Assembly (NCBI GenBank): GCA_035534755.1
Contig: DATLRH010000006.1
Location: forward strand, 8,829-72,828
Direction of reading: 5' to 3'
Source of the DNA: Candidatus Dormiibacterota bacterium
GTDB lineage: Bacteria > Chloroflexota > Dormibacteria > Aeolococcales > Bog-877
DNA length: 64,000 nt
Shown piece by piece: positions 18,341 through 31,301 of the stretch. The translations under genes and the position numbers were made by a program. How positions within the stretch are numbered: position 1 is the stretch's first letter; each line of letters starts with the position of its first letter. Under the pieces are notes generated by a model, which was not told the origin of the DNA, did no database searches, and was given only the letters and a program-made list of their open reading frames with translations.

Positions 18341-19333
18341 ATGCAGATAGCCCTCGCCTTCGCCGGCGGCCTGGTGCTGATGCTGATCGCAGCCTCGCTC
18401 TTCACCAACGCCATCGAGTGGGCCGCCCGCAGCCTCGGACTGGGCCACGGGATGACCGGGAGCGTCATGGCCGCGGTGGGCACCGCCATGCCGGAGACCA
18501 TCGTTCCGGTCATCGCCCTCATCGCCGGGGGGCACCAGGCGACCCAAACCGCCACCGGTGCGATCCTGGGGGCGCCCCTGATGTTGGCGACCGTCGGCCT
18601 GGGGCTGGTTGGGGTGGTCTGCATCCTGTGCGGCCGGGCGCGCCTCCGGGTTTCGACCGCGGATGCCCGGAGACCGCTCTGGGCCTTCGCGCTCAGCTTC
18701 GGGCTGTTGATCGCGGGCGCGCTCCTGCCGACCCCGGTGCGATGGGCCGATGCTGCCCTGCTGGTCGTCCTGTATGTCGCCTTCGTGCGCCGTACCCTGC
18801 GGGCCGACCCAGCCCCCCAAGGTGACTTCGAGCCCCTCTGGTTCTCTCGAATTGCGGGCGGCTGGACTCCGGACGGCCGGGGCCGGCTGGCCCTGCCCGC
18901 GCTGCAGGCGGTGATCGGCCTGGCCGGGCTCGCCGGGGCCAGTGAACTCTTCCTCATCGGCCTCCACCAGGTCGCCCTTGGGGCGCACCTCTCTCCGCTG
19001 GTGCTGGCGCTCCTCTTGGTCCCCATCGCCACCGAGCTTCCCGAAGTCACGGCGGGTGCCCTCTGGATCCGTCGCGACCGGGACAGCCTGGCGCTCGGCA
19101 ACGTGACTGGGTCGATGGTCTTCCAGGCCACCTTCCCCGCTGTCGTCGGGCTCTGCTTCACTCCCTGGAAGCTCACCGGAGCCGGCTTCCTCTCGGCTGG
19201 ACTCACCGCCCTGGCGGTGGGCGTGGCGATCCTGGCCATGGGCCGGCGGGGAGTCAACGCGTGGGTCCTGGCCCCGGTCGGTCTGATTCTCTACCTCGCC
19301 TACGCGATGGCGGTGCTGGTCTGGAAGGTTTGA
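18341..19333 (+). CDS. Ca2+/cation antiporter (CaCA, YrbG-like Na+/Ca2+ exchanger) family membrane protein
   Basis: Alpha-repeat motifs GLGHGMTGSVMAAVGTAMPE and GNVTGSMVF, and 10 TM helices. ATG 18341 is 4 nt after the NUDIX stop; the track start at 18242 lies inside the NUDIX gene. Confidence 0.8.
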   Translation: MQIALAFAGGLVLMLIAASLFTNAIEWAARSLGLGHGMTGSVMAAVGTAMPETIVPVIALIAGGHQATQTATGAILGAPLMLATVGLGLVGVVCILCGRARLRVSTADARRPLWAFALSFGLLIAGALLPTPVRWADAALLVVLYVAFVRRTLRADPAPQGDFEPLWFSRIAGGWTPDGRGRLALPALQAVIGLAGLAGASELFLIGLHQVALGAHLSPLVLALLLVPIATELPEVTAGALWIRRDRDSLALGNVTGSMVFQATFPAVVGLCFTPWKLTGAGFLSAGLTALAVGVAILAMGRRGVNAWVLAPVGLILYLAYAMAVLVWKV

Positions 19334-19335
19334 GT

Positions 19336-20094
19336 TTGGCCAGAGCCACCCCGGTCGTCCGTCGCCCCCGACGCCGGCCTTCTGGACCCCTTCTCGGCAG
19401 GTGGTCGAGGGCGCTGGCGCTGGCGCTTTTACTGGTCCCGCTCCTGGCCGGCTGCGGCCCGGGGCTGCCCACGGCGGCAGCCCTGCTCCGCCGCGTCACC
19501 GGCTCTATGGCCAGCCTGGGCGCCTACCGGATAAGCGGCAGCAGCCGGGCCGTTGACACCACCACCACCTTCCAGGTTCTGGTCCGTCACGACGGCAGCT
19601 TCTCCGGGACCCTGGACATCGCCGTGCCCCACACAGCCGTCTTTCGAAGCGACGTGGTGGCGATCGGCACTCGGGTCTACGTCCGCTCTCCCACCGAGCT
19701 GCAGGAGCTGGGGATCAGCGCCCTGCCTGGGAACCTCAACCCGGCCACGACCTGGGTGCTCCAGCCCCAGGCGGTGGCCCGCAGTTACCGGCAGAGCGTC
19801 GAGCCGTTTTCAGCAGCTGGCCTGGGGGCAACCTTGAGGCACGCGATCAGGGGCGTGCTCACGGTCCGCCGGGCCCGGCTCCGCGGAGTTGACGTTTTGG
19901 TGGTCGAGGAGCGGGGCGGAAGCTCATCATTACGTCTGTTCGTGGCGCCCGCCACCAACTACCTTCTGGAGTTGTCCATCACCGGAGACCAGCCGATCAC
20001 CCTGCGCTACAGCGCCTTCGGCCGCGCCCAGGCGATCGTGGCGCCACCCAGCTCCCAGGTCTATGTGCCGCCCGCCGCGGCGCCGCCGGGATAG
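19336..20094 (+). CDS. putative lipoprotein (no recognisable domain)
   Basis: TTG start right after the CaCA stop. Signal peptide with lipobox RALALALLLVPLLAG-C. The mature part is beta-rich. Confidence 0.6.
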   Translation: MARATPVVRRPRRRPSGPLLGRWSRALALALLLVPLLAGCGPGLPTAAALLRRVTGSMASLGAYRISGSSRAVDTTTTFQVLVRHDGSFSGTLDIAVPHTAVFRSDVVAIGTRVYVRSPTELQELGISALPGNLNPATTWVLQPQAVARSYRQSVEPFSAAGLGATLRHAIRGVLTVRRARLRGVDVLVVEERGGSSSLRLFVAPATNYLLELSITGDQPITLRYSAFGRAQAIVAPPSSQVYVPPAAAPPG

Positions 20095-20096
20095 TC

Positions 20097-20969
20097 ATGG
20101 TCACCATCGGAGCCCACGTTTCCTCCCAGGGCGGGATCTCGACCGCATTCGATCGTGCCCTGGAGATCGGCGCCGAGGCGGTGCAGATCCACCCCAGCGC
20201 GCCCCAGACCTGGCGCCGGCTCCACCCGGACGAGGAGCAGGTGGCGACCTTCCGCCGGAGGATGGCCGAGACCTCACTGGACGCCTTCTTCTTTCACGCC
20301 GCGTACCTGATCAACCTGGCCACCGCCAAGGAGGAGCTGCTGGCCCAATCGCGGGGCTCGCTGCAGCACCACCTGGAGATGGCCAACCTGCTGGGCGTGC
20401 GGGGCGTGATCTTCCACCCGGGATCGCACAAGGGCCAGGGCTTCGAGGCGGTGCTTCCCCAGATGGTCGCGGCGCTGCGGGGGATCCTCGCCGAGACCAA
20501 CGGCGAGAGCCTGCTGATCATCGAGAACAGCGCCGGCTCGGGAGCCAACATCGGCAGCTCCTTCGCCCAGATCGGCGAGATGATGGCCGGGGTGGATGAC
20601 CCGCGGCTGCGCCTCTGCCTGGATACCGCCCACGCCTTCACCGCGGGCTACGACCTGCGGGAGCCGGCCGGGCTCGAGCGACTGGTGGCTGAACTGGACC
20701 GGGAGATCGGATTCCCCCGCCTGGCCGCAATCCATGCCAACGACTCCAAGGCACCATTCGCGTCCAACGTCGACCGCCACCAGAACATTGGCGATGGGGA
20801 GATCGGCGCTGAGGCGTTCCGGCGGATCCTCGCCGATCCCCAGCTGGCTGCCGCCCCATTCATCCTCGAGGTGCCCGGTTTGGAGCGCCAGGGACCTGAC
20901 CGGGCCAACGTCGAGCGGCTCCGGGAGCTGGCAGGTCTCCCGCCCTTGCCCACTAGGGCGGAGTCCTGA
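20097..20969 (+). CDS. nfo: endonuclease IV (deoxyribonuclease IV)
   Basis: TIM-barrel AP endonuclease 2 family with His/Asp/Glu metal ligands (HPGSH, ENSAG, LDTAHAF, HANDS). Confidence 0.9.
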   Translation: MVTIGAHVSSQGGISTAFDRALEIGAEAVQIHPSAPQTWRRLHPDEEQVATFRRRMAETSLDAFFFHAAYLINLATAKEELLAQSRGSLQHHLEMANLLGVRGVIFHPGSHKGQGFEAVLPQMVAALRGILAETNGESLLIIENSAGSGANIGSSFAQIGEMMAGVDDPRLRLCLDTAHAFTAGYDLREPAGLERLVAELDREIGFPRLAAIHANDSKAPFASNVDRHQNIGDGEIGAEAFRRILADPQLAAAPFILEVPGLERQGPDRANVERLRELAGLPPLPTRAES

Positions 20970-20974
20970 GTTAG

Positions 20975-21934
20975 ATGGTCGTCGCCGCGGGCGCGCCCAC
21001 CTTCGTCGCCGGGGTCGACCTGGGCGGAACCTGGCTGAGGGTGGGGCTGGCCGGCCCGGACGGCATCGTCCGGCGCCGGGGGAGAGCCCGGACGGCCGCC
21101 TCCGAGGGACCGACAGGGATCCTGGCCCAAATCGACGGTCTGGTCCGGGAAGCGGTCGCGGCCGAGCCAGAGGCGAGTCTCTCCCAGCTGCTGCTCGCGG
21201 TCGGAGTTCCCGGCCCCGTCGACAGCGGGACCGGAGTCGTGGCCGGAGCGCCCAACCTTCCCGGGTGGCGGGGGGTGCCGCTGCGCGAACTGCTCGAGAA
21301 GCGGCTCGGGTGCCGCTGCCTGGTCGAGCACGACGCCAGCCTGGCGGCGCTCGCCGAGTACCGGCGGGGCACCGGGCGGGGGACTCAGGACTTCGTCTAC
21401 GTCACCGTCAGCACCGGAATCGGGGCCGGCCTGATCCTGGGGGGCCGGCTCTACCGGGGGTACCAGGGGAGCGCTGGGGAATTCGGCCACATGGTCATCT
21501 TCCCGGGCGGGCCAGCCTGCAACTGCGGCAACCGGGGTTGCCTGGAGGCGCTCGCCTCGGGGACCGCGATCGCCCGCGAGGCGGGGGTGGCCAGCGCCTT
21601 CGAGGTCAGTCGAATGGCCTCCGCCGGGGACCCGGCGGCTCGAGCGATCTTGAGCCGGGCCGCCCGCTACATCGGCCTCGCCCTCGGGGGGCTGATAAAC
21701 CTGCTCAATCCGGAAGCGGTAGCGCTGGGGGGCGGCGTGGTCGCCTCCTCGCCGGACTTCTGGAGCGAGATCATGGGCAGCCTCGGAGAAGCCTCATTGC
21801 CGTCGGTCCGTGGCAGCTGCCGAGTGGAGCGAGCCGCGCTCGGCGAGGATCAGGGACTGCTGGGGGCGGTGGAGTTCGGATTGGACCACTGGGGAGACCG
21901 GCTAACTCCCACCCCGGAGGTCGCGGTCGGCTAG
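20975..21934 (+). CDS. ROK family sugar kinase (glucokinase / N-acetylglucosamine kinase-like)
   Basis: N-terminal GVDLGGT ATP motif and the ROK zinc motif GEFGH...CNCGNRGCLE. Confidence 0.9.
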   Translation: MVVAAGAPTFVAGVDLGGTWLRVGLAGPDGIVRRRGRARTAASEGPTGILAQIDGLVREAVAAEPEASLSQLLLAVGVPGPVDSGTGVVAGAPNLPGWRGVPLRELLEKRLGCRCLVEHDASLAALAEYRRGTGRGTQDFVYVTVSTGIGAGLILGGRLYRGYQGSAGEFGHMVIFPGGPACNCGNRGCLEALASGTAIAREAGVASAFEVSRMASAGDPAARAILSRAARYIGLALGGLINLLNPEAVALGGGVVASSPDFWSEIMGSLGEASLPSVRGSCRVERAALGEDQGLLGAVEFGLDHWGDRLTPTPEVAVG

Positions 21935-21951
21935 AGTCGGAGGTCTCGGGC

Positions 21952-22707
21952 CTAGCCCGTCAGCGCGGCCGAGATGAGGCGTCCCTGGTCGACCAGGAGC
22001 TGGCCCAGAGAACCTTCGAGTACGGGGTTGAACCGGCGCTCAGGTACCGCGAACGCGACCGCCCCCAGGATTTGTCCGCCCGGTCCGGAGAACGACGCCG
22101 CCAGCTCGTGGGCAAAGGTGCCCGGCCGGGCTGGGAGCGACGCGAAGCCTCGGCCCCGCACCTCGGCCAGTTGCCGGGCGAGTTCGGAGGCGCCGACCGT
22201 GGCGCGCTCCCGGCCGAACGCCGAGACGAGGGTCTCCCCGTCCAGGCCGGAGAGGATTGCCAGGCCCGCCGCACAACCGGTGAGCGGCATCCACTCATGG
22301 AGCGCCGGCCGGACCTGGAGGGGGTGTCGGGCCGGGATCTCGGTCACGTACATGGCCGCCAGCTGGGGGGCCCCATAGAGAGCCAAAAGCGCGGTCTCGC
22401 CTCCGGTGTGGGCGGCCGCCCGGAGGTGGGGCAGAGCCAGCGCCACCACCGGTGCCCGGGCGGCTCCCTGCAGGGCCAGCCGGTAGAAGCCCAGGCTGAG
22501 TCGGTAGCGGCCGGTCGAGGCCACGGATTCGATCAGGCCCTCCTCCTCGAGGGCACCAAGCGATCGATGGACCGTGCTGGGCGCCATCCCGACCGCCGCG
22601 GCCAACTGCCGGACGCCGTAGTCGTCCGCCGGGTGGTCGGCCATCCACCCGAGCAGCCTGACGGTGCGGCCGAGCGGATTCCGCTGGTGGCTCAGAAGTC
22701 GCGACAA
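21952..22707 (-). CDS. IclR family transcriptional regulator
   Basis: N-terminal wHTH (RTVRLLGWMADHPADDYGVRQLAAAVGMAPSTVHRSL) plus a C-terminal IclR effector domain. Confidence 0.85.
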   Translation of the reverse strand: MSRLLSHQRNPLGRTVRLLGWMADHPADDYGVRQLAAAVGMAPSTVHRSLGALEEEGLIESVASTGRYRLSLGFYRLALQGAARAPVVALALPHLRAAAHTGGETALLALYGAPQLAAMYVTEIPARHPLQVRPALHEWMPLTGCAAGLAILSGLDGETLVSAFGRERATVGASELARQLAEVRGRGFASLPARPGTFAHELAASFSGPGGQILGAVAFAVPERRFNPVLEGSLGQLLVDQGRLISAALTG

Positions 22708-22846
22708 GACTTCCGACCCCTGACTCCCGGTGACACTTTCGGCGCTCCTCCCGGGCTCAGTATAGGGACGCGTTCCGCCTGGACGAACAGAAAACGGACC
22801 GGCCAGAACTCTGGCCAGTCCGTCCTGCGTCGACTCCGGGTCTTGG

Positions 22847-23788
22847 TTAGCGCCGGCGGTGGTAGCGGCGCCCGCGCAGCTCCTGCTCGGCCCGCTCAGG
22901 GGCGGTGCCGAGGGTGGCCGTGAGCCGCTTCTCCTCAGCTCCGCGGACCAGCTCCAGCTCGATCTGGTCGCCCGGCTTGAGCGCGGCCATAGCGCGGTGC
23001 AGATCAGCTGTCCTGGACAGTGCGAGCCCGTGCGCCTTGGTGAGCAAGTCCCCTTTGATCACCCCGGCCGCCGCGGCGGGACCCTCCGCGTCCAAGTGCT
23101 GGACCAGCACGCCATTGCGCTCCTCGAGCCCGACTGAGGCCCGCAACCGACGGGCGACCTCTGAAGGCAGCAGCCCGACTCCCAGGTACGGTCGTGCGAT
23201 CTGCTCGCCGCGGCCGAGATCCTCCAGCCGGGTGCGCAGGGCCGCGTCGGCACGCAGCGCCGCGTACAGGCCCTCTCCGAGCCGCTTGGTGTTGATGCCT
23301 AGCAGCTCGCCGGTCAGGGAGAGCACGGGGCCTCCTGAGGAGCCGTGGGGCAGCGGCGCCGTGTGCTCGAAACTGCCAGTGATCGCGTGTCCCTCCGGGC
23401 CACGGAAGTCCTGATCCTGGGCCGAGACCACTCCGAAGCTCAGCCTCAGTCCCCGGCCGCCGGGATTGGCGGCGGCGAAGACGGGGGTTCCAAGCTGAGG
23501 CTCCGCCGACCCCCAGCGGGCGGCCGGGGCCTCTCCGGTCTCAACCTTGATCACCGCCAGGTCGCCGGCCACGTCGACGTTCACCGACTCTCCATCTCGC
23601 CGGGTGCCGTCCGAGAAGTGCACCTGGGGTCGCTCGGAATGGACGTTGTGAGCGCTGGTCACGACCAGACCCTCGGCGAACACCACGCCACTCCCCGAGG
23701 GCCAGCGCCTGCCGACTCCCACCACCGCCGGGAGCGCTCCCTCCCTGACCGCCGCCGCCGCCGCCTCCAGTTCATCTGCGAAGCTCAC
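22847..23788 (-). CDS. trypsin-like serine protease with C-terminal PDZ domain (HtrA/DegP family), no signal peptide
   Basis: Catalytic triad context TSAHNV (His), D, and GSSGGPV (Ser), followed by a PDZ domain. Start reassigned to GTG 23788, which has an AGGAGG Shine-Dalgarno 7 nt upstream. The track ORF extends a junk N-terminus to 24043. Confidence 0.85.
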   Translation of the reverse strand: MSFADELEAAAAAVREGALPAVVGVGRRWPSGSGVVFAEGLVVTSAHNVHSERPQVHFSDGTRRDGESVNVDVAGDLAVIKVETGEAPAARWGSAEPQLGTPVFAAANPGGRGLRLSFGVVSAQDQDFRGPEGHAITGSFEHTAPLPHGSSGGPVLSLTGELLGINTKRLGEGLYAALRADAALRTRLEDLGRGEQIARPYLGVGLLPSEVARRLRASVGLEERNGVLVQHLDAEGPAAAAGVIKGDLLTKAHGLALSRTADLHRAMAALKPGDQIELELVRGAEEKRLTATLGTAPERAEQELRGRRYHRRR

Positions 23789-23806
23789 CCGGGTCCTCCT
23801 AGGATA

Positions 23807-23837
23807 AGTTAGTAGTGCCTTGCAAGTAGCAACTATA
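23807..23837. promoter_or_regulatory. AT-rich dyad (AGTTAGTAGTGCCTTGCAAGTAGCAACTATA, core palindrome CTTGCAAG) in the HtrA/HxlR divergent promoter region
   Basis: The only low-GC island in this stretch, with an imperfect inverted repeat around a perfect 8-bp palindrome. Consistent with an HxlR/MarR-type operator. Confidence 0.35.
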
Positions 23838-23891
23838 TCCAATCGAAGCGCCCGCCAAACCCGGTTTCCCCGCAGCAGCGAAGATTCGGAG

Positions 23892-24326
23892 GTGGCCGAG
23901 GTTCCAGCTCCTGAGCGCACCGGACTGGCGGCGGCTCTGGACCAGGTGGGCGATCGCTGGGCCCTACTGCTGGTGCAGGAGCTGCTGCGCGGCCCGCGCC
24001 GCTTCAGTGACCTGCAGCGGTCGCTGCCCGAGATCGCATCCAACGTGCTCAGCGAACGGCTCCGCCGGCTGGAGCTGACCGGGGTGCTGGAGAGCCAGCG
24101 CTATTCCGCCCGTCCTCCGAGAGTGGACTACCGGCTCACCTCGGCTGGCCGGGGGCTCGCCGCCGTGATCGAAGCTTTGGATCGCTGGGGCGGACCGGGC
24201 GGGTCGGCCGCGCCTGCTCATCCCCGCTGCGGCACCGCGCTCGAGCTGCGCTACTACTGCCCCACCTGCGACGAACTGGTGGTCCCGGGCGAGGTCACCT
24301 CGGATGACGACGTCGTCTTCGCCTGA
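23892..24326 (+). CDS. HxlR family (MarR-like) transcriptional regulator
   Basis: Winged helix GDRWALLLVQELLRGPRRFSDLQRSL...SERLRRLELTGVLE...VDYRLT. GTG start at 23892, preceded by GGAG. Confidence 0.8.
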   Translation: MAEVPAPERTGLAAALDQVGDRWALLLVQELLRGPRRFSDLQRSLPEIASNVLSERLRRLELTGVLESQRYSARPPRVDYRLTSAGRGLAAVIEALDRWGGPGGSAAPAHPRCGTALELRYYCPTCDELVVPGEVTSDDDVVFA

Positions 24327-25776
24327 CCCGAGTTCGCGGGTCAGGCCTGTCCCCGAGGTGCCCTCCGCCGCTGGGCTGCGCCGACTGCTGCCCGAGATGG
24401 AAAGGGCCATCGGGGCCCGGACCTGCCTGGTGGGGGGATTCGTCCGCGACCTGCTGATGGGTCGGCAGGACCAGTCGGACGTCGATGTGGTGGTCGAGCG
24501 CGGCCGCGCCGAGACCGCCGCGGAATGGCTCCGCCAGCGCTGGGACCGGCGGGCACGAGTGGTCGCCTTCGAACGGTTCGGCACCGCCCAGGTCGCCTTC
24601 CTGCTGCCCGGAGGGGAGCGCTTCACCGTGGAGTTCGTCCGAGCCCGGTCCGAGGCTTATGTTCCCGAGAGCCGCAAGCCCACGGTCCGGGCTGGGACGC
24701 TGGCGGAGGATGCCCGGCGGCGGGACTTCACCTTCAACGCCTTGCTCCTGGATGGCGAGGGGAGGATTGGGGACCCCACTGGACTCGGCCTCGACGACCT
24801 CCGCCAGGGGGTGCTCCGTACCCCGCTGCCTCCCGGGGAGACCTTCTCGGAGGACCCCCTGCGCATGCTCCGCGCGGCTCGCTTCGTGGCCCAGCTGGAG
24901 TTCCGGCTCGCAGCCGGGTTGGAGGAGGCGATGGCCGAAATGGCGGTCCGCCTGGGGATCGTGTCCCCGGAGCGGGTCCGGGACGAGCTGGTCAAACTCC
25001 TGGTCGCGCCCCGACCGGACCTCGGGCTGAGCATCCTGCTCCGCACCGGGCTGCTCAGCCAGGTTTCCCCGGAGCTGGCCGCCATGGCCGGGGTCGACCA
25101 GTCCGGTTACCACCTGGGCGACGTCTTCGAGCACACCTGCCTCGCCCTCCGGGTCGCCGTCCCCGATCGGACGGTGCGGCTGGCGGTCCTCTTCCACGAT
25201 GTCGGCAAGCCCGTGACCGTCCAGGCCGCCCCCGAAGGCCCTACCTTCCACGGCCACCCCCAGGCGGGCGCCGAACTGGCCGAGGCGGTGATGCGGCGGC
25301 TGCGCTTCAGCGGGGCCGAGATCGAGGCTGTGGGGCGGCTGGTACTGCTCCACATGCGGCCCATCCAGTACAGCTCGGAGTGGGCGGACAGCGCCGTCCG
25401 CCGGCTCTGGCACGCCGCCGGGGAGCTGCTGCCCGAGCTGCTGGCGCTGGCCCGGGCCGATACCCAAGGCTCCTCCTTCCCGGGTTTGGAGCAGCTCGTC
25501 GAGCTGGAGCTGCGCCTGGCTGCGGTCGCCCAAGAGCACCCGGGCGGGATGCGGCCTCCCCTCGGCGGCGAGCAGCTCAAGCGGGCCTACTCACTCCCGG
25601 CCGGCCCCTGGGTGGGCCGGGCTCAAAAGGTCCTCCTGGAGGCTGTGATGGAAGGGGAACTGTCCGGCGGGGAGGATCCCGGTGCCGGGGCCGCGGCGCT
25701 CCAGCTTCTGGAATTGCGCCGGCCCGACTGGCAACCCCGAAGTGGAGAGCCGGGATGGACGGCGCCGCCCAGCTAG
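24304..25776 (+). CDS. cca: CCA-adding tRNA nucleotidyltransferase with HD domain
   Basis: PolyA_pol head motif LVGGFVRDLLMG...DVDVVV, RRDFTFNAL, and an HD motif region LFHDVGKP. The start is ATG 24304 or GTG 24358. Confidence 0.9.
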   Translation: MTTSSSPDPSSRVRPVPEVPSAAGLRRLLPEMERAIGARTCLVGGFVRDLLMGRQDQSDVDVVVERGRAETAAEWLRQRWDRRARVVAFERFGTAQVAFLLPGGERFTVEFVRARSEAYVPESRKPTVRAGTLAEDARRRDFTFNALLLDGEGRIGDPTGLGLDDLRQGVLRTPLPPGETFSEDPLRMLRAARFVAQLEFRLAAGLEEAMAEMAVRLGIVSPERVRDELVKLLVAPRPDLGLSILLRTGLLSQVSPELAAMAGVDQSGYHLGDVFEHTCLALRVAVPDRTVRLAVLFHDVGKPVTVQAAPEGPTFHGHPQAGAELAEAVMRRLRFSGAEIEAVGRLVLLHMRPIQYSSEWADSAVRRLWHAAGELLPELLALARADTQGSSFPGLEQLVELELRLAAVAQEHPGGMRPPLGGEQLKRAYSLPAGPWVGRAQKVLLEAVMEGELSGGEDPGAGAAALQLLELRRPDWQPRSGEPGWTAPPS

Positions 25777-25853
25777 GGCCGGGAATCAAGGCCGCCTTCC
25801 GGCGCCGCTCCGGATAAACTGGTTCGGTCGGGGAGGGTCGCGTAATAACTGGG

Positions 25854-26390
25854 GTGTCCACCATCCATCGCCTCAAGCTGCTCCGGCTCTTGATCGTGGA
25901 GCTGCCGCAGCAGCTCCGCCTCGCCTACTGCCTGGCCCGCGATCCGCGCACCCCCGCCCCCCTGAAGGCCGCCCTGGCGGGTTCTCTGGCCCTGATCCTC
26001 AACCCGGCTATCGACCTGCCCGCCTGGATCCCCGTGGTCGGCCAGATGGACGCCATCGCCTTGACCGTGCTGGCGGTCCGGGCCTTCAATTCGCAGGCCC
26101 CCCGGGGTCTCCGCGAGGAGATCGAGGCCGACATCCGGGCCCGGCGAAGCCGGTTCGACGAGGACCTCCGCCGGGGGACGCTCGCGGCTGGGCGATTGGC
26201 CCTGCTGGCCCGTACGGGGCCGGCGCTGGCCCGGCGCCAAGCCCGGCCCCTGGCCGCGGCGCGCCCGCCGGTGGAGCCCGCTCCCTGGTACCGTTCGCAG
26301 GAGTCGGCCGGGGGGAGTCCGGCTGCGGCAGGCGGCGAGGCCGGGTCCGACCTTCCCCTGCCCCCAGCTAGCAAGGAGCAGTCGATTTGA
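25854..26390 (+). CDS. DUF1232 (YkvA-like) domain membrane protein
   Basis: Matches the DUF1232 pattern LAYCLARDPRTPAPLKAALAGSLALILNPAIDLPAWIPVVGQMDAIALTV. Confidence 0.7.
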   Translation: MSTIHRLKLLRLLIVELPQQLRLAYCLARDPRTPAPLKAALAGSLALILNPAIDLPAWIPVVGQMDAIALTVLAVRAFNSQAPRGLREEIEADIRARRSRFDEDLRRGTLAAGRLALLARTGPALARRQARPLAAARPPVEPAPWYRSQESAGGSPAAAGGEAGSDLPLPPASKEQSI

Positions 26391-26826
26391 AGGTCATCCT
26401 TACCAAAGACGTGTCCGGGACCGGGCGCGCCGGCGATGTCCGGGAGGTGGCCGACGGCTACGCCCGCAACTTCCTCCTTCCTCGCCACCTGGCCCAGCCC
26501 GCCCGGGCCACCGCAGAGGCGCAGATCCGGGCCCAGAAGGAGCGCCAGCGCCACAAGGTGGAGGCCGAGCTGACCGACGCCCGGGCCACCGCCGCCCGGC
26601 TGGAGTCCGCCGTGGTCGAGATCTCCGCCCGGGCCGGGGAGACCGGCAAGCTCTACGGCGCCGTGGTCAACATCGACGTGGCGGAGGCCATCGAGTCCCA
26701 GCTGGGGGTGACCTTGGACCGGCGCAAGATCGATTTCGAGCCCGCCCATGAGGTGGGAGAGCACCAGGCCGTGGCCAAACTCCATGCTGAGGTCGAGGCC
26801 CGGATCAAAGTCCGGGTCGTCGCGGC

Positions 26827-26830
<4 letters not shown>
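26387..26830 (+). CDS. rplI: 50S ribosomal protein L9
   Basis: MKVILTKDV...GDV..V..GYARNFL N-terminus conserved in L9. TTG start with an AAGGAG Shine-Dalgarno. Confidence 0.95.
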
Positions 26831-30797
<3,967 letters not shown>

Positions 30798-30801
<4 letters not shown>

Positions 30802-31271
30802 TCGAGCCCGTCTCCGGGGACAGCCCGGAGGTGCGCCTGGCCGAGCTCGGGCTCGAGCTGCCGCCGCCGCCCGCGCCTCTCGCCAGCTACGTTCCTTTCA
30901 CCTACGCCGGGGAGCTGATCGTGACCTCGGGCGTCCTTCCCATGCGGGAGGGACGGGTGATCCAGGGCCGCCTGGGCGCCGACCTGACCGTGCTGGCGGG
31001 GGCCGAGGCGGCCCGGACCGCTGCCGTCGGGCTGCTGGCGCTCCTGGCGGCCGCGGCCGGTAAGCTCGACCGCATCACCGGTCTGGTGCTGCTCACGGGC
31101 TACGTTCGTTCCGCGCCTGACTTTGCCCGCCAGTCGGACGTCATCGATGGAGCCTCCCAGCTGCTCATCCAGGTCCTTGGCGAGCAGGGTCACCACGCCC
31201 GGGTTGCGGTCGGGGTTGCCGAGCTTCCCCGCGAGGCGTGCCTGGAACTGCAGCTGATCGCCCGACGCTAG
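30798..31271 (+). CDS. RidA/YjgF/TdcF-family (RutC-like) protein
   Basis: GTG 30798 in a GTGA overlap with the upstream stop. The pattern LGLELP..P..YVPF...G.L..SG...EA...ARVAVGVAELPREA..ELQLIA is typical of RidA-family chorismate-mutase-like fold proteins. Confidence 0.8.
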
Positions 31272-31301
31272 CCCCGGGCTGAGCGCCAATTCCCCGGCCG
31301 C

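Noticed and set aside
20596-22923. 775-aa plus-strand ORF
   Set aside because: It runs antisense through the IclR gene and out of frame through the nfo and ROK genes, with an Arg/Gly/Pro-rich junk translation.
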